Assembly (NCBI GenBank): GCA_012295275.1
Contig: CM022670.1
Span: 24,676,001 to 24,740,000 of the forward strand
Source of the DNA: Chrysomallon squamiferum
Lineage: Eukaryota > Animalia > Mollusca
Direction of reading: 5' to 3'
Length of the DNA: 64,000 nt
Shown here: positions 55,490-64,000 of the stretch, piece by piece
How positions within the stretch are numbered: position 1 is the first letter of the stretch
Layout: every line of letters begins with the position of its first letter
Made by a program: the position numbers and the translations under genes
The notes under the pieces: generated by a model
Told to the model about the DNA's origin: nothing
Seen by the model: only the letters and a program-made list of their open reading frames with translations
Database searches by the model: none

Positions 55490-56712
55490 TATAAAGCATC
55501 TACGGAAAAATGTCATACCTTAGATAACATTTTTTTTATGTGCATCAAACATAAATAAACCTTGCACAGAAAATGCTTGAAATATAAATGAAGAAAAAAG
55601 TTAACAAAATCTCTGATATGTTAGATGGGTGAGTTTCTGTACACACGTGTGTCAGCCTGTCTGTATTTCTAGCTGAGTAAAATATATTCTAATATGTGTA
55701 CTACTACAAATTTATGAAAATTCCATAAGAATGAACCTTAATAAACAAATTTTATTCTAGTTTTTATATTATTATTATTATTTACATTACATTATACTAC
55801 ATTATTTTATTTTTATTTATTTATTTATTTTTTTTTTTTTTTTTTTTTTATTTTTTTTTATTTATTTATTTATTTATTTATTTTTTTATTTTTTTATTTA
55901 TTTTATTATTATTATTTTTTTTTTTATCTTATTTACATTACATTACAGCTGGTAGCAGTATTTTTTTTTCTTCTTCAAAACATCAGAAAAATAGTAAATC
56001 ACTGGTTAAACGGTATTTTTTCATTACTTTGAAAAGAAGACAGAAAAAAGATAAAACAAAAAATATTTAAGGGAAGTATGCAGAATATATTAGTCTATGT
56101 CTTCGTATCTTCACAGGTACACTTGAAATTAAAGTTTTACCTGCAAAGTAAGTAAAGAACGTGTCACGTATCACGACTCCTCCTACCTTAGAACACAGTC
56201 GTGTAACCAGATCAGGTCACTTCTTGCTCTAACTTAACGGGAGGGGGGAGTTAGAAGCACTTTGTTAGTAGGTCCAGACTTCACTAACTCTTCTAATAAC
56301 AAGTATCATTTATCACTGACAATCCCTAAAACTATAAAAGTTACGGCAAACGTAGATATTAAAAGAAATCAAAGCTAAAAGAGTAACACGGAAGAGTTTG
56401 AAGTGCTGCGGTGCAGGCTGCGAGTGATGATTATAGAGAGTATGTCAGATGTAATGTTCCCTTAACAGACCTGTGTCAAAGTCCAAGTCGTGTAACAACG
56501 TGTTTAGGTATAAAACATTGTTCTGTGTATTAATTTCTGGTTATCGTAAATAATAGTGAAACTAATAGTATTGTAGTAGTAGTAGTAGTAGTATTAATAG
56601 TTGTAGAAGCGGCAGCTTAGGTAATAGTAACAATAGTAAGAAGAATAATTAGCAGCAGCATATGTAATAGTAGTAATAGCTTTAGTAGTGATGATGGTGT
56701 TGATATGTCAGT

Positions 56713-56779
<67 letters not shown>

Positions 56780-57429
56780 TGCGTGTGAATATATATTTCT
56801 TTACGAACCGAAAGGAAATTCCGTATAAAATGTATTAAAATTCAGAAAATTCGTCACATGCATTATGATTCCTGATAACATGAATTATCTCATGAGTTGT
56901 ATAATATCAGCAGTGTTTTACCAACAGCAATAATACATGCGAAAACAGACTAATGACAAGTCACAATCGTAACAAAGTAAAAACGTGACCGTTAATTTGA
57001 ACTGGAATAACAGAAGGAAAATTGATAAAAAGGTTATAAATAATATTACGTTTCTTGTATTTTTACGACATTGAATACTTGAAATCGATACAGTGGAAAA
57101 AAGATAGTCGTTTTCCTTAAGGATAAACAGATGAAAAATATATTGTTCATTTTATCTAATCCGGAAAACAAAATCCGCAATTAAGAAGCCTGATTAAGGA
57201 AAAAAAAATGGATGTTGCAGCTGCATGTAATTCACAGTTTTGAAATGTGTTAGACGGTTTCAGTGGAGTTTAGTTGCACGATCAGTTTACTGTTTTGTCC
57301 CGTATATAGATCATAAACGTGCAGAGCAGACCAGTTTTTTTTTTTTTTTTTTATTACAATTTCAAGTTATTTCCACGCATCATGTGAAGAGAAGAGAGAG
57401 TTTTTCTTCTCTAACATTTTTGTAAATAA

Positions 57430-57460
<31 letters not shown>

Positions 57461-57664
57461 CAGGGTGGCCCAAAAGTAGGTTTACAGTTATTACGTAGGC
57501 AATTTTATTTTAAAATATAAGCATGTTTCAAGCATTAAACAGAAACTGTTTAATCTCTCAGGTCCTCCTTTAACATTGTATTTCATGTTAATTGTACTTA
57601 GCAAGTAACTTCGAGCATATAAACGATAGTTTGATAACTGTAAACCTACTTTCGGGCCACCCTG
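57461..57664. mobile_element. Tc1/mariner-type MITE, 204 bp
   Basis: 31-bp TIR CAGGGTGGCCCAAAAGTAGGTTTACAGTTAT (one mismatch) with TA flanks, inserted in a (TA)n tract. Confidence 0.93.
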
Positions 57665-58519
57665 TATATATTGAGTTTTACCTTTAAAGAAAATAATATA
57701 TGTATAAATAAATGTTGATTTTTAATACACGTATTATTCAAATTATGTCTTTCTTTTGGTTAACAGTAATTCTAGCAGTTGTGGCGGAAGTCGTAGCACA
57801 AGCATTATAAGCAGTAGTAGTAGCAGCTGCAGCAGAAGTAGTAGTAGTAGAAGTATCAGCAGCCACGGTGGTGGAAGTAGTAGTAGTAGTAGTAGTAATA
57901 GTTTTGTATCCATTTTAGTTGTGCAGAATGTCAGTTAGGTCATCGGTTAAAATAATTAAAACAGATGGGAATTGTACGATTTCTGTTTTTTAGACGGAAA
58001 AATTTTAACGTGTCGTTAATCTACAGAATATAATTAACATAATTCGACAGACACCTTCCACTCTTTCCTGTGTGTAAAACAGCCTCTGAATTGTGGGCGG
58101 TTTATCTGGGGTTAAATTTAGTTAACCATTTACAATGTACTTTCGATTTAAAAAAAAAAAAAAGCATCATTTCAAATATAAAAAGAATATATACTTATTT
58201 ATATATTTAAATTCACAAATTAAAAAGAAGAAAAAAAAATGTAAGAAATGAAGAAAAAAGAAAAGAAATTAAAAAGGGTTTGTAATAATAAAAAAAATAG
58301 TAAATAAAGAAAAAATAAAGAAAAACTGACATGCATTCTACTACAGGTTTATGAGGAAGTATGTGTACAATAAGCAAAAGAGTGTTTATTATAATGTTGT
58401 TATTGTTACAAAACAGTAGTTCTCGCTTTATATATTATACCTCGCAGGGATAAAAAAAATAATAATAATAAAAAATAAAATAAATAAAATAAGAGAATAA
58501 ATAAATTAGTATTATCAGT

Positions 58520-58558
<39 letters not shown>

Positions 58559-58974
58559 TTTTTCTTTTTTCTATTCGAATGCTATTCATGCCGACTATTA
58601 GTTTATAATTATGTGTGATAAAATTATGATTATTACGTAGGAACATTTATTAACAGACACACAGCTGCAATGATGATATGACCAAATGGAATCATGATAT
58701 TTATCTAATAAAGATTAGATAATTAAAAAGAGAAATATAAAGAAACAGGCCAGAATTTGTATAATGGATTTTTATTTTTTTTACTTTTATTTATTTTTTT
58801 TTTTTTTCATTTTTTATTTTTGTACAAAATAATAAAATTACTTCATATTTATATTTACATTATATTACAAATAAATATTATAGCACAAAAATGTCAAATA
58901 AAAACACATTTTCTCATTTCACCGCTATATGTGAAAAATTTAAATATTTTCCACTGTGACATATTTAAGCATGT

Positions 58975-59323
58975 TTATAAATGTATGATGAATTCCGTGG
59001 TTATGGGTGATTTGTGAGAGAGCAGGAATGCTTTTCTCAATGTCTCAGCACTGGCTGGCTTATCACAGGCCGAAAAACTGATGTTGCACACTGCGTGAGT
59101 GATGTGGGACGATTCTTTGTTCAATGTTTGATCAAATGCAGATCCGTTTAACAGCGCACAGTTGTTTACACATGTTTTTGGCAAGATATGATCTTTTATT
59201 TCAATATTTACACTAGTGTCTCGCTCTCTGTCCAGTTTAGAAATACGATTAAAATTACGATCAAATATTGTGCTTTCAGTGGTTTCTGTTTCAGTTCTCA
59301 ATGACATGGTGCTCTGAGAATTC
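58975..59323 (-). CDS. GPCR paralogue C, exon 2 (C-tail); full protein about 413 aa
   Basis: Acceptor (T)n-CAG|G. AG+G=Arg, then NSQST joins the 110-aa ORF MSLRTETETTES... in frame. Confidence 0.8.
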
Positions 59324-59326
59324 CTG

Positions 59327-59360
<34 letters not shown>

Positions 59361-59397
59361 TAATGATACGTGGTAAAAAGAGATTGTTCGTTCGCCT

Positions 59398-59432
<35 letters not shown>

Positions 59433-60120
59433 TTATTTTTTTATTATTATTATTTTTTTTTTTTTTGAGGAGTATCTTTAAAAATGTGATTTCATTTATG
59501 GATGTGGTGTGTTAAAATGTGGTCTGACGTTTTCATGTATGGTAAAATGTGGCAAAATATTCGCTGGCTATTTTTAAGAATGGTTAAATAAAATAATTTT
59601 TGATATAATGATACATTGTTATAAAAAAAAAAACAGGTTTGATATTGATGTACAGTGTAAAATCAGATTTGAAATTAAATTCCATATTTTTATATATCGT
59701 TCAGGAATATATTTGAAACAGTGTTTTACGGTAAAATAAAATTTCATATTTTCAAAGAGGATAAAACAAAGTTGGTTTTTTACTCTGTGGTAATATGTGG
59801 GTTGATGTTTTAAAATACATTTTCAGATTGTTTATGCGGATAATGTGTCGTAATACAATATTCGCTGTTGTGTATAGCACGATGTTTAGAAGACAATCTA
59901 TAAGTTACAGAACACACACACATATATATCAAACTTTTTTGTGATTGTTTCTTTTATTTGTTATGTTTATTAGTTTTGATTAATAATATTTATTTATTTA
60001 ATTTCAATTGCTACAAATGAAAGCAAGAGAAAATACGCATATATATAAATAAATAAGTAAATTGTTGCTATGGTGGCGGTGGTATTATCATTATTTTTAT
60101 TGTAGTTTCTGTTATTATCC

Positions 60121-60164
<44 letters not shown>

Positions 60165-60933
60165 AGAAGTACTATTAGTAGTAGTGGTAGTAGCAGTAGT
60201 GGTAGTGGTAGTAGTAGTAGTAGTAGTAGTAGTAGAAGTACTTTCTTTCTACCAAAATATTTTTAAAACAAAAATGAACGGGATAACGTAAAGTAAATTT
60301 CAAGGTTTTTGTAAAATATGATATTATATGAAACTTTTAAATTTCAAAACTGAAATGAATACAGTTCGTAATATATATTTAATTGTTGAAATATTGCCAT
60401 GAAAAAATAAATTATATTATTTACATTCTTAACAGTGACCAGGAGTCGAAGATTAAAATTTTAAAACGCTCGTTAATATTTTTCCAACTTAAAATTGTAC
60501 CTGCTCATCATTGTTGATCGTTTTCTTTTGATGTAATTTTTTTTTATTATTAAATTTTAAATTATTATTAATGTATAGATATTTGATTTGGTTTTCATTA
60601 AATCTTTGTTTGGAAGTATAGTGGGATTCTTCTTGTAATTTAATCTCAAAGTATGATTTTTATATTAATGAATAATGCGAATCAAATTTCCATCAGATAT
60701 GTATGTATGTATGTATGGACCTATCTATCTATCTATGTTGTACGCATGTATGTGTGTATGTGTTTATGTGTATATGCATTTATGTATGTATGCTTGAATA
60801 TATGCATATATATTTGTATGTATGTCTGTATGCAAGCATGTATGCATGTATGGATGATTGTATTGTATGTAAATATGAATGTGTGTATGCATTTTTGTGT
60901 ATATTAGTGTTCATGTATCAATTTATGCATGTG

Positions 60934-60982
<49 letters not shown>

Positions 60983-61084
60983 ACGTACAATATTATCGTG
61001 TATTTGTAAATTCTCTACAGGTACCAAGAATTTGGATTTGTTTTAGTTGTTTACATGGTTAATAATAAAGTTAGTTTTCAAAAA

Positions 61085-62451
61085 TTAAAACAGATTTTTT
61101 TTTCTAATACACACCTCGATGAATTCCAGTGAATCATTTTCAGGAACTCTTTTATGAATTTCTTGTGGGTACGCATGTAGACAAGACAGTTGATGGCGTA
61201 ATTACACAACATGATCAGGTAAGTAATGGTCCAGACAAGATTAATTATTGAATCGCAGTCTACGTGTTCGTCGCAAGTAATCACTGCTTCAACGACGTAT
61301 GTCACAGTGTTTGGAAAAGACAGACAGATGTAAAGTATTGATAGGTAAACTAAAATACGTGTCTCAATGGCGTTACGCGTGTGTGAAAAAGCTGAGATGG
61401 AAAGTCTGCGGTTTATCATAACCGAACATATCAGCATGATGACAAATGGCAGAAGTGATAAAACACATAAATTTATCCAGATAAATATTTTCTCATCGTA
61501 ATACTTCAGACCGTCCGTTGCTGTAATTTCACACACAGAACTGTTATTTTTCGAAACAATTCCGTAGGTCAACGGCAGAGGAATGTGTAAGCAGCCGAAA
61601 ACTAAAACTATGAAAACCAGTTTCCATATAGCAATTTTGATGGTACACCAGTTCCTGAACTCAAAAGGGAAGTAAACGCTTATAAATCTTTCGCATGCAA
61701 GAGAAACGACGATCCATCCTGAATAAACGGGTAAAACGTAGGAAAGAAATTCGTGAATTTTACAACTTGCACCGGACACATTTCGTACATCATAGTCAAA
61801 CGTGAACTTGATCCACAGTCTGCCGAGATTGTTGATCAAAACAGCGCTGTCAGTGATCGCCAAAACAAACAAATGAAAAGTGGCTGTGGTCGACGTTATT
61901 TTCAGCTTCTTGAAGATCCACAAGGCAATAAAATTGCTTGTTAAACCAAAAACCAAAATGACAGCACCACAGACTATCCAAAGCCCCTTAACAGTTTGAT
62001 CGAACATGATAGAATTAGTGTCCTGTACCAGGACAGAATGAATTTTCACATTGATTATGTATGCAAGTGTCAACTTTAACTTGGTGACGAAAAGAGACAA
62101 CTGACTGAGAAGAAACGAGCATACATTTTATATCCACGTCACAAAGACACGGGTCACAAAATGTATTCAGTTACCCGCCTTTTAAAGAGCTCTACCCGTC
62201 GACAGATTTAGAAATTCTAACACGACCGTAGAGTGTTAACAGAAAAACATAACGTCATTTGTTTTTGTTTGCTGTGTTGTGTGTGTGGGTGTGTGTCTCT
62301 CGGGGGGTGTCGATGATCGCGGGTAAACATGAGAATTATTTTGTGATATTTTGTATTTTATTTAGCTTTTTGTTATTTGATATTTCTTAATTGTATTTTT
62401 AATTGATTTGTTTATTTGTTGGAATGATTAAATTACACATAAAATATTATC

Positions 62452-62490
<39 letters not shown>

Positions 62491-62946
62491 GTGTTACTGT
62501 TGCTGCTGCTGTTTTTATTTGTTTGCTGCTCTTGTTTTTGTTATTGTTATTATCATTGCTATCATTATTATACAAACAAACATACATACATACATACATA
62601 CATAAACTAATTAAAAATGTCTTGATGATTCGTTAACCAAATTTTAGTTATTCATCTCTTTACTTCTCTCTATCCATTTTTCTTTGTCCTCGTTCACGTT
62701 CTTCTTTTTCTTCTTTTTTTTTGTAAAAATCGGAATTATTCAGGGTAAAATATTCACGGAACAATAAACCCTTGGTCTGTTCTGTATCCTCTCCCTGTGA
62801 ATACAGCAGAAAAACGGTTAATCCTCTACTTATTTCCTGCGATCTCAGTTCACGATCAGTTCTGAATGTAAAGAGAGAGAGAGAGAGAGAGAGGACAGAG
62901 GGAAGAAGTTAAAGTAAAGCAGTACGGTGAAATGAAAACATGAAAA
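61085..62946 (-). repeat. inverted segmental duplicate of about 33313-35195 (GPCR-A plus ~950 bp upstream)
   Basis: Near-identical upstream non-coding DNA including the microsatellites, e.g. ctgagatcgcaggaaataagtagaggattaaccg. Confidence 0.93.
61115..62007 (-). CDS. class A GPCR paralogue C, exon 1 (7TM core; inverted near-duplicate of A)
   Basis: ATG at 62007 (MFDQ), ERF, NYAINCLVY. Donor TCGAG|GTGTGT at 61115/61114 after 893 nt (phase 2). Confidence 0.9.
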
Positions 62947-63080
62947 CAAGAAGCGAGCATACATTTTATATTCACTTTACAAAGACACGGCCCACTAAGC
63001 ATATTCAGTTATCTGCCTTTCAAAAAGCTCTACCCGTCTACAGATTTAGAAATACTCACATGAAAATACAGTGTTAACAC
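62947..63080 (-). repeat. diverged second copy of the GPCR promoter block (62110-62242)
   Basis: gagcatacattttatatt...acaaagacacgg...agctctacccgtctacagatttagaaat; retains TATAAAA on the minus strand. Confidence 0.8.
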
Positions 63081-63704
63081 ACAACGTACAGAATTTCTTC
63101 TCTTTTTTTCTTTTTTTTTAGTTGCCTAAATGTATGATTAACATGTTGTTTTTTCTCTGAAAGTATATCGGATGAAGACTATAACTTAAAGGAGTGATAA
63201 GATTATAACCGTTTTGTTTTTGTCTTGTCTTTATTATTGTTATTATTATTATTATTGTTGTTGTTGTTGTTGTTGTTGTCGTTGTTGTTGTAGTTGTTGC
63301 TGTTGTTGATGTTTCGGTATTTTCTTTATTAGTTTTGTAGTTGCTACTAATTTAGTTATGAGTGTATAATATATTATAAAGAAAGCAGTTTTTGACAGTA
63401 GGAGTACATTTAGTGTTATTAGTATTTTCTATATTCCTTCTAGCAGTAGCGATGTTGTTATGTATTTGTTGCTTTAACAAAATACAGTAGTGTTTATTTA
63501 CTAGTTCCCTTATTTTTTTTTTTGATGTTCTTATATCAATATTTGTCTGACACACACACACGCACACACACAAGTTATAGATTATCTTTATCACTGTACC
63601 TTTGTTATAATTCTTGTAATAAGCCTGACATATAATTTTCCTGTCACAATAGACACAAACAAACATAAATGCATAAAAGAAACAAATAACACAAACACTT
63701 GAAA

Positions 63705-64000
63705 ATAATACGTCATAATTACGTAATTATTACGTTATGGACTGATAATCATTATTAACTATATTGCACAATTATATTAGTTACGTTGTGACGTAATTCA
63801 ATAACTTTGTAATTATATACAAACGTCTGGCTATTGTGCTACGATGATATAACGTAATTTGATAAGGTTATAAATAACATTTTTACAGAAGCGGTTTAGC
63901 ATAGACGTAACTTTCACGTACCGAACCCGTATCGTCTTTTCTCGCGAGATTTCCTCGATGCGGGACAAGTCTATACGTACGTGTTTACAGCAAAGTATTT
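63705..64000. promoter_or_regulatory. CpG-rich promoter-like region with an ACGT cluster and a TCTCGCGAGA palindrome
   Basis: TTACGTAA 63719, TGACGTAA 63789, many further ACGT cores, and TCTCGCGAGA 63940-63949. Confidence 0.5.

Overview
AT-rich, microsatellite-dense animal genomic DNA, lophotrochozoan-looking and probably a mollusc; the species cannot be fixed from the sequence. (1) A complete 5-exon ovo/shavenbaby/Ovol transcription factor on + (3312-17824, about 463 aa) with an N-terminal SNAG motif, a 12-kb first intron, the NGGxGIxNP motif and four C2H2 fingers, of which finger 1 is unusually divergent. (2) A candidate 3-micro-exon gene for a 28-aa hydrophobic peptide about 3 kb downstream (20878-21425). 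(3) A decayed Buster/Charlie hAT transposon with TIRs and an 8-bp TSD (26350-28192), several MITEs and a truncated retroposon. (4) Three paralogous class A peptide-receptor-like GPCRs. They look intronless in the ORF track, but two splice after helix 8 onto separate, dissimilar Ser/Thr-rich tail exons. The third carries a TGA two codons before the same splice donor. The paralogues are a gene-conversion-like mosaic: two have near-identical extracellular loops but different ICL2/TM4 and tails, and all share an 18-bp upstream motif. All gene models were inferred by eye from splice signals and frame continuity, without expression data.
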